Of a stretch of DNA of 64,000 nt, positions 48,501 through 58,460 are shown one piece after another. The notes under the pieces are model-generated. The model ran no database searches. It was not told the DNA's origin and saw nothing but the letters and a program-made list of their open reading frames with translations. The first letter of the stretch is position 1, and every line of letters starts with the position of its first letter. A program made the position numbers and the translations under genes. Origin of the DNA: Phycisphaerae bacterium (GTDB lineage Bacteria; Planctomycetota; Phycisphaerae; WQYP01); NCBI GenBank assembly GCA_035504095.1, contig DATJSN010000001.1:54519-118518 (forward strand), in the 5' to 3' direction.

Positions 48501-49211
48501 CTGATAGGCGACTTTTCGCGGTGCGTTGTCCATCTGCGCCTGGATAAACCCGACGGAAATTCCCAGGCTATATAACGCCGGCGCAACCCAGGCGGCGTCG
48601 CGTCGGACGAGATAGTCATTGACCGTTACCACGTGACAATGCCTGCCCCTTAACGCCATCAGGCAGCAGGCCAGCGCGGCGACAAATGTTTTGCCTTCGC
48701 CGGTGGCCATTTCGGCGATTTTGCCGTCATAAAGCACCATGCCACCGATAAGCTGCACGTCGAAGGGGCGCGCCCGGTAGGGCGGCCGAGAGTCCGGAAC
48801 GACAAGGCGGATGGCTTCATAAAGTTCCGGCGGCACTTCCACGAATCGCCAATCGTGTTCCTTGACGCATTTAGCCTTCGCCTGTTTAAATAATTCCTGC
48901 CCCGCCGGACTCAATTTTTCCACGTCAAAGGGTAAAGCGGGATTCAGGGCGTTTCTGAGTCCGATCTGCCGATCCATCGCTTCTCGCATCAGTGCAAACG
49001 CTTCAGGCAAAACCGCCGAGTCGTTTTCGCCATCCGCAAGCCGTTTGCGGAGTTCATCCGCTTTCTGTCGCATTTGTACATCAGTCATGGACCGGATTTG
49101 CGGCTCGAGTTTGTTGATCAGCTCGACCTGACGGTTGTAGGTTTTGATCAGGCGTTCATTTCGGGAGCCGAAGATCGCCGCGAGTGTTTTATTGAAAATA
49201 GTCGCAACCAT
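45513..49211 (-). CDS. secA: Preprotein translocase ATPase SecA (long form, 1232 aa)
   Basis: '[12 protein letters not shown]' N-terminus. DEAD-like motor motifs ('MATGEGKT', '[21 protein letters not shown]', '[10 protein letters not shown]'). C-terminal zinc finger '[14 protein letters not shown]'. Confidence 0.95.
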   Translation of the reverse strand: [1232 protein letters not shown]

Positions 49212-49293
49212 AAAAATTCCGTATTGTTAATTTGGCCAGCCTGCACGCCGGTTTAGAACCCGGAAATGCACGGCGCATAAGTTTTAAACCGCG

Positions 49294-49761
49294 TCAGATT
49301 GTTGAGGCTTGAGGCGGGGGAATTTGGGAGAATTGACGCAACAGGGCCAGCAGGCGTAACTGGCCTCCGGAAAGTGTTTCGCTCGAGATCAGTTTTATTT
49401 GATTGTTTCCAATCGGCTGGTGGGAAAATTGAATAATTAATTCAGTATGGTCCAGACACACCGGCGTTCCCGCGAACTGCCAACAGAGCGCTGCAAGTCG
49501 CCACGCCGTACTCGTGCTTTGATCGGTTTGAACCGCGCATGTGGCGGGTGCTTGAGTTTCCAAAGAAGCGGGTTGGCAAGGGACGGCTTTTTCCACCGGC
49601 GTTGCAATATCAGTAAGCAGATTGCAGATGCGCTCGGCGTGAGCCTGAATGATCTTGGGCGAACTTTGACCAAGGGCCTGAAAACTGAGCACGGCCAGAA
49701 GACATGAAAAAATCTTCCAGATTCGGTGTGGTTCATGATGCGATTTTTGTTCTGTTTTCAC
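49294..49761 (-). CDS. Secreted hypothetical protein
   Basis: Signal peptide 'IFSCLLAVLSFQALG'. Several Cys residues. No known motif. Confidence 0.35.
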   Translation of the reverse strand: MKTEQKSHHEPHRIWKIFSCLLAVLSFQALGQSSPKIIQAHAERICNLLTDIATPVEKAVPCQPASLETQAPATCAVQTDQSTSTAWRLAALCWQFAGTPVCLDHTELIIQFSHQPIGNNQIKLISSETLSGGQLRLLALLRQFSQIPPPQASTI

Positions 49762-49881
49762 GGTTCCTCGAAGTTCATAAGCCGGGTCAAAACGTCACCA
49801 TTATAGCAGGAAAAACGGCGCTAAAAAGCGCTCTCTAATTCATATTCATAGAATTGAGGTACACACCCCGGGATTTGGGGA

Positions 49882-51039
49882 CTATGTCAGTTCTCGATTC
49901 CGGAACATCGCAATGGCCAGGCTCAATGCCGCGCCAATATAGAAAAGACCGTACAAGCATGTCGTGGCGACATATTGCACAACTTGGCCGATCGTCGGTG
50001 CACCATCAATTTCGGCGCCGGGAAAACTTAAATCGCGGTAAACCAGGCACTGATTCAGATCGAAATTGCTCAGGTAGGGCAGTAAATAAGCGGCGTTCTG
50101 GGCTACGGTTTGCCAGGGGGATCCCAAATCAAGAAGCGATACGAAACGTGTCAGATTCGCGCAGATGTAGAGCAGCACAATCACGGTCATGTTCAATGCC
50201 AGGCCGTATCTTGTGGCGATGGCGGTACTGATTGCCGCCAGTGTCGCCAGTTCCATGAACTGCAGAATAAACGCGGGAATCATAGCGATGACAAAATGGT
50301 CGCTGGCGAGATAAATCGCCTGACGTCCGAGAGTATCCGACACTTCCAAATCGATGCGCATGTCGTAGAAATTACGCAGCCAGGAGCAGGCCATGGCGAT
50401 AATGGTGGCGATGGCCATGGTAAAAAAGATCAGGCAGAGAATGCCCAGATATTTGCCGATAATCACCTGCCAGCGGGCAAGCGGCTTGCTCATCAGCGTT
50501 AGCATGGTGCGATTTTCTATTTCTTCATCGATCACTTTGCCCGTTGCGAAGACCATAATGATCAGAATGAACATAAGGATGTAGGACAAAGCGATGTCCC
50601 GGAACATCTTGTTTTCATCACTGCCCTCGAAGGTATTAAATGGAACAAAAGCAGTGACTATGATCGCCGTTACACAGAGAAAAAACACGATCAACGTAAA
50701 TGGCTGCAGGAGTCCTTCATGATAGGTTACGCGCATCAACGCGCCGATACGGCTTAGACTCAGCAGAGGCAGAATCACAAATTCCATGAGACCGAAAACC
50801 GCTGTGCAGCAGGTGGCGGCAAGAAAAACCGCCGCCCAGTCCCGGACTGAGTTGGCTTCGTCGGCAATATTGTTGGCATAAATGGCGCTATTACCCTTGT
50901 TGCCGGAACTCGCCTGGGCGGCGCCACTGGCAATCTGTGTTGCATAGTTGTCCAGGTTTATACGCCATTGGATCATAATGACCGTCAGAACGATAAGAAC
51001 ACCCAGAGTGATAAGGTATGAGAGGGTCGATTTACTCAC
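49882..51039 (-). CDS. ABC-2-type permease-like polytopic membrane protein
   Basis: N-terminal TM helix, a large loop, then 5 TM helices, which is the ABC-2/GldF/NosY-like topology. No cognate ATPase gene lies next to it in the window. Confidence 0.4.
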   Translation of the reverse strand: MSKSTLSYLITLGVLIVLTVIMIQWRINLDNYATQIASGAAQASSGNKGNSAIYANNIADEANSVRDWAAVFLAATCCTAVFGLMEFVILPLLSLSRIGALMRVTYHEGLLQPFTLIVFFLCVTAIIVTAFVPFNTFEGSDENKMFRDIALSYILMFILIIMVFATGKVIDEEIENRTMLTLMSKPLARWQVIIGKYLGILCLIFFTMAIATIIAMACSWLRNFYDMRIDLEVSDTLGRQAIYLASDHFVIAMIPAFILQFMELATLAAISTAIATRYGLALNMTVIVLLYICANLTRFVSLLDLGSPWQTVAQNAAYLLPYLSNFDLNQCLVYRDLSFPGAEIDGAPTIGQVVQYVATTCLYGLFYIGAALSLAIAMFRNRELT

Positions 51040-51062
51040 GATTAATTTAGCCTCCTGGGCTG

Positions 51063-51338
51063 CTACCAGCCGATTCTCAGCGGGGGTTTTAATCCTTCCG
51101 GTGTTTGGGTTTGTTGTTTTTCATCAACGATATACCCTGAAAAATACTGCCTGATGGCGGCCAGTAGTGATTGAATATCGGCTTTAGAGCCTTCTGCTAT
51201 TAACTCAACCCGTCCGTCAGCCAAGTTTCGCACCGTCCCGCCAAGTGCGTATTCCCGGGCCAATTCCACCGTGGTCTGGCGAAATCCTACCCCCTGTACC
51301 CGCCCAGTGTACAAGACCAGTTTCCGTTCCACATCCAT
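51063..51338 (-). CDS. acyP: Acylphosphatase
   Basis: 'VLYTGRVQGVGFRQ' and 'GTVRNLADGRVEL' signatures. Confidence 0.8.
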   Translation of the reverse strand: MDVERKLVLYTGRVQGVGFRQTTVELAREYALGGTVRNLADGRVELIAEGSKADIQSLLAAIRQYFSGYIVDEKQQTQTPEGLKPPLRIGW

Positions 51339-51399
51339 ACGGCTGTTGTCCTGCCTGGTTTGCCGATATTTAACTTTTTCAGCTGATTTTCACCAGAAC

Positions 51400-53397
51400 T
51401 TACCATTGACCGGAGCACAACCGCCGATATCGTCCCAGCGCCATGAGGGGAAAATAAAGCCGGTAAAGATGATATTTAAGATAAAAAACCCGTGGGAATC
51501 CCGTGCCGGTGAACCAAGGTTCTTCCCAATCCCCCTCGGGATTCTGATTTTCGAGCAGCCATTGAATAGCGCGGCGCACAGCAGGGTCATTTACACCCGC
51601 CGCCGCCATGACCCCCATCATGCCCCACGCGGTTTGCGAAGGCGTGCTTGGCCCGCGGCCCTTGAGTGCGGGATTATCATAGGTTTGCGCCGATTCGCCC
51701 CAACTTCCATCCGGTTTCTGGCAGGATCGCAGCCAGTCGGCGGCACGGCGGATGAATCGCTGATCCATGGCTTCGCCCACTGATTTCAGGCCTGTGAGAA
51801 CCTGCCACGTTCCATAAATGTAATTAATTCCCCACCTGCCGAACCAGCAACCTTCCCTTTCCTGGGTATCCTTTAAAAAGTTAATGGCCTTGCGAATTGC
51901 GGGGTGCGCATTGGTGATGCCAATACGGCCCAGGCATTCGAGCACCCGGCCGGCGATATCAGGACAGGATGGATCCTGAATTGCGTTGTGATCGGCAAAT
52001 GGAACGTGTTCCAGGATCGGGCGATTGCGCGTGCGGTCGAATGCCGCCCAGCCGCCATCGTCATTCTGCATCGCCAGGAGCCAGTTGATGCCGCGCTGCA
52101 CTGCGGGCCGCGCCGCTTCGCCGCCGCAACGATGCATTGCCATAACGACCATTGCCGTATCGTCCACATCCGGATAGTGGGGATTATCAAATTCAAAAAA
52201 CCACCCGCTGGGTTCAACGTCCGGGCAATTTTTCATCCAGTCGCTGCCCTGACGGCATTCTTTGCTTAAAAGCCATTGTGTCGTCTTTTGTGCGGTGGGA
52301 TGTTCCCAGTTCATGCCGGCATCAGCCAAAGCGTGCAAGGCCAGTCCCGTATCCCACACCGGCGACCAACATGGCTGAATGCGAATGCTATCACCTTCCT
52401 GAATGAATAGATCGCGCAGATCTTTTTGCGCTTTGACGACCACAGGATGATCATCTGAGTAACCCAGGACTCTAAGTACAATCAGAATGTAGACCATCGG
52501 AGGGAAAATGGCGCCCAATCCGTCGCTGCCTTCCATGTGCTCGAGCAGCCATTTTTCCGCTTCCCTGATGGCGCGCGGCCGCAACGGCGTAACCGCTGTT
52601 CGCTCATAGCGCTTGAGCGTCAGATCCAGTAGCAGAAACATGCCGCGCCAACTGCGGGGAAGAAACCGGGTTCGCCCCGTCGGACTGTTTGCCGCCTGCA
52701 GGTCGTTGAATAATTCCTGAATTCCCTGCGATGGTTCAAGTTTTCTCACCGGACGATAGGCGCTGACGATTGATAACGGAAGAATCATCGTCCGGCTCCA
52801 CGCCGAAACGGCATAGAGATTGAAAAACATCCAGCGTGGTAAAAGGACGATTTCCGGCGGAATGCTTGGGCAGGTGTCGTAGCTGATCTGACCCAGCGCG
52901 GCTAGATAAAACTTGCTGAAACTATTGCACTGTTCGGCGCCGCCGAGTTCCCGCACCACGTTACGCGCCGCCCTCATGTGCGGCGCATCCGGATCGTCTC
53001 CCATAAGTTTGAGGGCAAAATATCCTTTAACCGTTCCACTTAAGTCGCTGGGTCCGCTGGGGAACAGATTCCAACCGCCGTCCGCCTGCTGAACACTTCT
53101 TAAATAATTGGCAATCAGCGGAAGTGCCGGATCGGCTTCCTGATTCAGAAAGAATTTGAGCATGATATATTCGGATTCCAGGATGCTGTCGCCTTGGAGC
53201 TCGCCAACCCAATATCCTTCAGGATGATGCTGGGCCAACAGGCGTTCCATCGCCCGTTCTATGTTTTCGCTTACAGATTCGGAATCCGTGATAGTTGACA
53301 CATCGGGGTGGGCCGTTTCAAGCATCTTTGAATCGGCCGCCGGAGCGGGATTCTGCATTTTGCGTTCCTGTTTGGTTAATCCGGTGACGCGTGTCAA
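51400..53397 (-). CDS. shc: Squalene-hopene cyclase
   Basis: Catalytic 'DVDDTAMVV' (DxDDTA) motif. Multiple QW repeats. Confidence 0.9.
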   Translation of the reverse strand: MTRVTGLTKQERKMQNPAPAADSKMLETAHPDVSTITDSESVSENIERAMERLLAQHHPEGYWVGELQGDSILESEYIMLKFFLNQEADPALPLIANYLRSVQQADGGWNLFPSGPSDLSGTVKGYFALKLMGDDPDAPHMRAARNVVRELGGAEQCNSFSKFYLAALGQISYDTCPSIPPEIVLLPRWMFFNLYAVSAWSRTMILPLSIVSAYRPVRKLEPSQGIQELFNDLQAANSPTGRTRFLPRSWRGMFLLLDLTLKRYERTAVTPLRPRAIREAEKWLLEHMEGSDGLGAIFPPMVYILIVLRVLGYSDDHPVVVKAQKDLRDLFIQEGDSIRIQPCWSPVWDTGLALHALADAGMNWEHPTAQKTTQWLLSKECRQGSDWMKNCPDVEPSGWFFEFDNPHYPDVDDTAMVVMAMHRCGGEAARPAVQRGINWLLAMQNDDGGWAAFDRTRNRPILEHVPFADHNAIQDPSCPDIAGRVLECLGRIGITNAHPAIRKAINFLKDTQEREGCWFGRWGINYIYGTWQVLTGLKSVGEAMDQRFIRRAADWLRSCQKPDGSWGESAQTYDNPALKGRGPSTPSQTAWGMMGVMAAAGVNDPAVRRAIQWLLENQNPEGDWEEPWFTGTGFPRVFYLKYHLYRLYFPLMALGRYRRLCSGQW

Positions 53398-53673
53398 AGC
53401 GCTTAAACCTCATGTTAAACCAAGAAAACCGGGCTGCCCTCTCTCAGCGGCTCCTATAATGGACATCCCGTCCCCCTACGCGTTTGTCGAAAAAATTAGC
53501 AGAACTTGATTGTCTCGGCAAGTAGACTCAGAAAGTTCGCTATTTATTCATTTATTGGTTGTGATGCTGATTTATGTAAACCGGCTGAGAAAACCCCGGC
53601 GTAGCTTTGCCACGCTGCGCTCAACCGGCTATTATTAACACTCTGATTTTTGTTCGCACGGAGTAGTCAGGCT

Positions 53674-54978
53674 ATGGCCGGCGTTTTTATTGCTCATCTT
53701 ATTTTTGCTCTGGTCATCTTCAACGTTTTACTCGGGCTGATTGCTTATCTGATTTTGCTTGAACGTAAAACAGCGGCCTGGATGCAGGATCGGCTGGGTC
53801 CAAATCGTGTCGGCCCCCACGGCCTTATGCAGCCGTTGGCTGACGGCGTTAAATTCATCCTCAAAGAAGAGTTCATGCCTACCAATGCCGATCCATTCCT
53901 CTTTATTCTCGCCCCGATTGTCATTATTACCCCCGCACTTTGCGGTTTTGCAGTGATTCCATGGGGTGGACAACTTCTCGCCGGCACCGCGATTCCACAC
54001 TGGATTCCGTTTATCGGCGGTTGGGCCTTCCCCCGGAATTTTGACGTTATGGTCGCCAATCCTCAGATTGGCGCCTTATTTATTCTCGCGGTTGCGTCCC
54101 TTTCTGTTTATGGCGTAGTTCTGGGCGGCTGGGCTTCGGGCAGTAAATACAGTTTTCTCGGTGGTATGAGGGCTGCGGCACAAATGATCAGCTACGAAAT
54201 TCCACTTGTGCTTTCCCTCCTGTCCGTCGCCGTTGTTGCCGGCACGTTGCGACTTGGTCCGATGGTTACGGATCAGGCGTCCTATTTCGATACATTCCGA
54301 TTCATCCCCGCCTGGAACGTTTTCGTTCAGCCGCTGGCGTTTATTATTTTTACCATTTGCATTTTTGCCGAAGCTAACCGTACGCCATTCGATCTTGCCG
54401 AGTGCGAAAGCGAATTGGTGGGGGGATATCACACCGAATATTCCTCCATGAAATTCGCTATGTTTTTCCTTGCTGAATATTCCGCAATGATCACCGGCTC
54501 TGCGGCCGCCGTTGCTTTGTTTTTGGGTGGATGGCATCTTCCCTGGATCGACCAAATACTTTACGCCGGTCCACAGCCGGTAGCGACTGGTTGGTTGGGT
54601 GCGTTACTCAAGTTTGTTGTTTTTGCGGGTAAGATTCTCGCCTTCATCTTCTTTTACATGTGGGTGCGGTGGACTTTGCCTCGATTCCGCTTCGATCAAC
54701 TCATGAATCTGGCGTGGCGTTCGCTGATCCCGCTTTCACTAGGCACGTTTGTTCTTGCGGCAGTGTTTGAGTATATGAAGCAGTCGGGAATTGTCGAAAA
54801 TCGCTGGTGGCTGCTTCTGGGCAATCTGGTGCTTTTGGCCGCCGGCATTGGCGCAGGGTATTTACTGCCGGCTGATCCGACAAATCGTCGCTTGCCCGTG
54901 CTTTTCAGCCGCTACAATCCCACACCCATTGCTGAGAAAGCCGAGCAAAACGCGGATGCGGCCAATATCTATGCCTAG
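53674..54978 (+). CDS. nuoH: NADH-quinone oxidoreductase subunit H (ND1) homolog with a C-terminal extension
   Basis: 'LLERKTAAWMQDRLGPNRVGPHGLMQPLADGVKF'. Start placed at the ATG with GGAG upstream; the track begins at a TTG further up. Confidence 0.75.
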   Translation: MAGVFIAHLIFALVIFNVLLGLIAYLILLERKTAAWMQDRLGPNRVGPHGLMQPLADGVKFILKEEFMPTNADPFLFILAPIVIITPALCGFAVIPWGGQLLAGTAIPHWIPFIGGWAFPRNFDVMVANPQIGALFILAVASLSVYGVVLGGWASGSKYSFLGGMRAAAQMISYEIPLVLSLLSVAVVAGTLRLGPMVTDQASYFDTFRFIPAWNVFVQPLAFIIFTICIFAEANRTPFDLAECESELVGGYHTEYSSMKFAMFFLAEYSAMITGSAAAVALFLGGWHLPWIDQILYAGPQPVATGWLGALLKFVVFAGKILAFIFFYMWVRWTLPRFRFDQLMNLAWRSLIPLSLGTFVLAAVFEYMKQSGIVENRWWLLLGNLVLLAAGIGAGYLLPADPTNRRLPVLFSRYNPTPIAEKAEQNADAANIYA

Positions 54979-55074
54979 AGCTAAAATCGAACAAACAGAT
55001 ACGCTGCTGATTTTATTTGTTCCGATCGATTGGAAATTCCGTCTTTAATTTCGGCGCAGTGAAAGGAAACCCTG

Positions 55075-56628
55075 ATGTCTCAACCCACGCAATCAACAGG
55101 AAAAATGGAGAAACTCGTCGCGCTCTGCCGGCGGCGCGGATTTATTTTCCAGTCATCCGAGATTTACGGCGGGATCAACGGCTTTTGGGATTACGGCCCT
55201 TTGGGCGTCGAACTAAAGCGCAATTTAAAAGACGCATGGTGGCGCGATATTGTCCGCTGCCCACCGAATGGTCCGGGTGGCAAGCCCATTGAAATGGTCG
55301 GCCTGGATTGCACGATCATTATGAATCCCAAAGTGTGGGTCGCCAGCGGGCACGTGGGGGGATTTGCTGATCAAATGGTCGATTGCCGGTCATGCAAATC
55401 ACGGTTTCGCGCCGACCACCTGCAGGTGATTGAATTAATCTTTCCCAACGCCGGCGAAAAAGGACCTATCCATATTTCCGGTATTGGTTCTGAACAGGAA
55501 ATTTTGGAAGCGAATGAGAAAAAAATAGAAAAATTGAAAAAGAACTTCGGCTCGGACGTTCGCATTTCTCCGGCGATCCCTTTGGTCTCCCTGGATCCTG
55601 AATTCAAAGCCCGTTTTCTTTGTCCAAATTGCGAAGCCAAAGGTTCCATGACCGAACCGCGCGCCTTCAACCTGATGTTTGAAACGCACGTCGGCGCCCT
55701 GCGCGATGATGAATCGCTTGCTTACCTTCGTCCCGAAACCGCTCAGGGCATTTTCGCCAATTTCCGTAACGTCGTTGATACCAGCCGCGTCAAAGTTCCA
55801 TTTGGCATCGCCCAAATTGGCAAAGCATTCCGTAACGAGGTTACGCCGCGCAATTTCACTTTCCGTTCGCGCGAGTTCGAGCAGATGGAAATTGAATTCT
55901 TTATTCATCCCGATACCGCAGCAGAGTGGTATAAATTCTGGCGCGACAGCCGCTTTGCCTGGTGGCAGTCTGTGGGCCTCACGAGTTCACATCTGCAGTT
56001 GCGCGAACATAACAAGGACGAATTGGCCCATTACGCCAAAGAAGGCGCTGGTACCAGCGATATCGAATACAAATTCCCGTTTACTGATCCCGGCTTTGGC
56101 GAGCTTGAAGGCGTTGCACATCGCACCGATTTTGATTTACGCCAGCATGCCCAGCATTCCGGTCTTGGCGACAAACTCAAGTACTTCGATCAGGAAAAAA
56201 ATCAGCGCTATTTCCCGCACGTCATAGAACCGTCCGCGGGCGCGGACCGCGGAACCCTTGCTCTTCTTTGTGAAGCGTATACCGATGATCCGTCGCGTCC
56301 TTCCGGTGTGGTAATGAAGTTCCATCCGCGTATGGCCCCGATCAAGGCGGGCATTTTCCCCCTTGTGGACAAAGATGGCATGCCCGAAATCACCGAAAAG
56401 CTTTATGAAGACCTCCGCCGCACTTGGAACGTACAACTTGATGTGAAACAGAATATTGGCAAGCGGTATGCCCGTATGGATGAAGCCGGAACGCCATTTT
56501 GCTTTACCGTGGATACACAGACCCTGTCTGACCAAACACTGACCGTGCGGTACCGCGATACTCTCCAGCAAGAGAGGTTGCATGTGGATAAGGTCCGAGA
56601 ATTTATGGAAAAATTTATAGGAAATTGA
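55075..56628 (+). CDS. glyQS: Glycine--tRNA ligase, alpha2 dimeric type
   Basis: 'LCRRRGFIFQSSEIYGGINGFWDYGPLGVELKRN' plus class II motifs. Confidence 0.9.
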   Translation: MSQPTQSTGKMEKLVALCRRRGFIFQSSEIYGGINGFWDYGPLGVELKRNLKDAWWRDIVRCPPNGPGGKPIEMVGLDCTIIMNPKVWVASGHVGGFADQMVDCRSCKSRFRADHLQVIELIFPNAGEKGPIHISGIGSEQEILEANEKKIEKLKKNFGSDVRISPAIPLVSLDPEFKARFLCPNCEAKGSMTEPRAFNLMFETHVGALRDDESLAYLRPETAQGIFANFRNVVDTSRVKVPFGIAQIGKAFRNEVTPRNFTFRSREFEQMEIEFFIHPDTAAEWYKFWRDSRFAWWQSVGLTSSHLQLREHNKDELAHYAKEGAGTSDIEYKFPFTDPGFGELEGVAHRTDFDLRQHAQHSGLGDKLKYFDQEKNQRYFPHVIEPSAGADRGTLALLCEAYTDDPSRPSGVVMKFHPRMAPIKAGIFPLVDKDGMPEITEKLYEDLRRTWNVQLDVKQNIGKRYARMDEAGTPFCFTVDTQTLSDQTLTVRYRDTLQQERLHVDKVREFMEKFIGN

Positions 56629-56805
56629 AAAAGTATTCATAAGTGTGGATAAATAATGGAGTTACGAGAGGACCTATAAAGCACAAATTTTTTGTAAATA
56701 GGTTGAAGTTTTTTTTAATATGGATACGATATATGTGTAGTCACATGTAATGAGCAGCCTAGAGGGGGCTGTAATTCATAACAAACTTGCTCTCTCTCTC
56801 CCTCC

Positions 56806-56848
56806 CCAGGCTGGCGTTCCTTCGGGCCGCCAGCCTGGTTTTTTATTT
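56806..56848 (+). terminator. Strong intrinsic terminator
   Basis: Perfect 11-bp stem 'CCAGGCTGGCG...CGCCAGCCTGG' followed by 'TTTTTTATTT'. It lies about 180 nt downstream of the glyQS stop. Confidence 0.55.
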
Positions 56849-57023
56849 ACGATTGCGTTTTTAGGTCATTGGCGAAAATCCTCACGAGAATTTTACAGAC
56901 CGATAATATTTCATTTACGATCCTTTACCTGCAACTTTGCGGGTCATTTTCCCCCTTTGCTTTTTACTTATGTAAGTCCCAATCCCCGTCCTCTACATTG
57001 CCACTCGTTGAATAAATTACAGA

Positions 57024-57029
57024 TATAAT
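57024..57029 (+). promoter_or_regulatory. Candidate -10 box (TATAAT) about 55 nt upstream of the dnaJ-like gene
   Basis: Perfect TATAAT, but the -35 match is weak ('TTGAAT' at non-ideal spacing). No CIRCE element seen. Confidence 0.2.
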
Positions 57030-57085
57030 GATTGCCAGGTAATAAGGTTCCGATAACTTTTTGAAACGAATTAGAGGCTTTTAAT

Positions 57086-58072
57086 ATGGCAGAATCTAAA
57101 CGGGACTTTTACGAAGTTCTGGGCGTATCCAAAAGCGCATCCGCCGATCAAATCAAATCCGCTTATCGCAAACTCGCGCGAAAGTATCATCCCGATCTGA
57201 ACCGCAGTGACAAATCCGCCGAATCTCGATTTAAGGAAGTGCAGGAAGCTTACGACATTCTAAGCGATGCAAAAAAACGTCAGGCTTATGATCAGTTTGG
57301 TCACGCCGGCGTCAGCAGCGCCGCCGCTGCCGAAGCCGCGGCAGCCGCGGCTTCGGCCGGGCGCGGTAATTCCGGTTTTCGCTATTCTACGCGCACGCCT
57401 GGCGGGGCCACTGTCGATTTCGGCGAAGTGGACCTTGAAGACCTCTTCGCGTCCATGTCCGGTTTCGGTCGCCGCGGACGTGGGCGCGGATTTACTCAGG
57501 AAGATGTTTCTTCTCCCGCGGGTTCCGACATTGTCCACAATGTTACGCTGACCTTCGAACAGGCGGCGCGCGGCACAACGCTCGAACTGCGCTTCGATAC
57601 AATGGATCGTGCCCATTCCGAAACCATCAGCGTCAAAATCCCTCCCGGCGTCGATGAAGGTTCCAAGGTGCGCGTCCGCGGCCGGGGCCAACCGTCCGCA
57701 ATGGGACGCGTTCGCGGCGATCTGATCATTGTTACTCACATAGCTCCGCATCCGTTTTTTAGCCGCGTTGGTCAGGATGTGCTGCTGGATCTTCCTGTTT
57801 CGATCACCGAAGCACTGCGCAGCGCGTTGATTCGTGTGCCAACGCTCGATGGTCCGGTTGAATTACGCATTCCGCCGGGCGTAAACAGTGGAAAAAAGTT
57901 GCGCATCAAAGGTCGGGGCATCGAAAACCGCGAACATATCAAAGGCGATCAACTATGCCGTATTTTGATCGTGTTTCCGGAAGGCCTGTCCGAACAGGAA
58001 ATTCAATCATTCACGAATATCGACGCCGCCCATAAATTTAATCCCCGTAAGGATGTTTCGTGGAATATTTAA
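57086..58072 (+). CDS. J-domain co-chaperone (DnaJ class B / CbpA-like, no zinc-finger)
   Basis: J-domain '[33 protein letters not shown]'. Ala/Gly-rich linker. DnaJ C-terminal domains. No CxxCxGxG repeats. Confidence 0.8.
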   Translation: MAESKRDFYEVLGVSKSASADQIKSAYRKLARKYHPDLNRSDKSAESRFKEVQEAYDILSDAKKRQAYDQFGHAGVSSAAAAEAAAAAASAGRGNSGFRYSTRTPGGATVDFGEVDLEDLFASMSGFGRRGRGRGFTQEDVSSPAGSDIVHNVTLTFEQAARGTTLELRFDTMDRAHSETISVKIPPGVDEGSKVRVRGRGQPSAMGRVRGDLIIVTHIAPHPFFSRVGQDVLLDLPVSITEALRSALIRVPTLDGPVELRIPPGVNSGKKLRIKGRGIENREHIKGDQLCRILIVFPEGLSEQEIQSFTNIDAAHKFNPRKDVSWNI

Positions 58073-58149
58073 AACTCTCATCTTCCTTCATCGATTCCCT
58101 TTTCCCTGTTCCCTATCCTCTGCGTTATTGCCTCGGCGCCTCCACAACT

Positions 58150-58386
58150 ATGCCGGCGGAACTTCGGCATCTGCCCGATCTGCTGACCGTCGTAATTCTC
58201 GCGGCTCTTCTTTTCGTCCTGATGGTTGTTGTCATGAGTATGATTATTGCGGCGCGGCGTCTGATGATGACGTATCTCAAATATAAACCTAAAAAAACGC
58301 GCTATGTGGACGCCTGGAAAATCGCCGGCCAGCGCGTGCAGCCGGACCAGCCACCACCTGCGGATGAGAAACAGAAAAAAACATAG
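58150..58386 (+). CDS. Small single-pass membrane protein, hypothetical
   Basis: One TM helix ('LLTVVILAALLFVLMVVVMSMIIAA') and a basic tail. Start uncertain. Confidence 0.3.
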   Translation: MPAELRHLPDLLTVVILAALLFVLMVVVMSMIIAARRLMMTYLKYKPKKTRYVDAWKIAGQRVQPDQPPPADEKQKKT

Positions 58387-58460
58387 CTCAAATGCTCAGA
58401 GTAGATATGTCCGTAAGGGGACGCTGCTACAGCTCGCTGTTCCCTCTCTGTTACAAATTT

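Noticed and set aside
56750-57028. 92-aa plus-strand ORF between glyQS and the dnaJ-like gene
   Set aside because: It reads straight through a strong intrinsic terminator hairpin and a CT-repeat. It is not plausibly coding.
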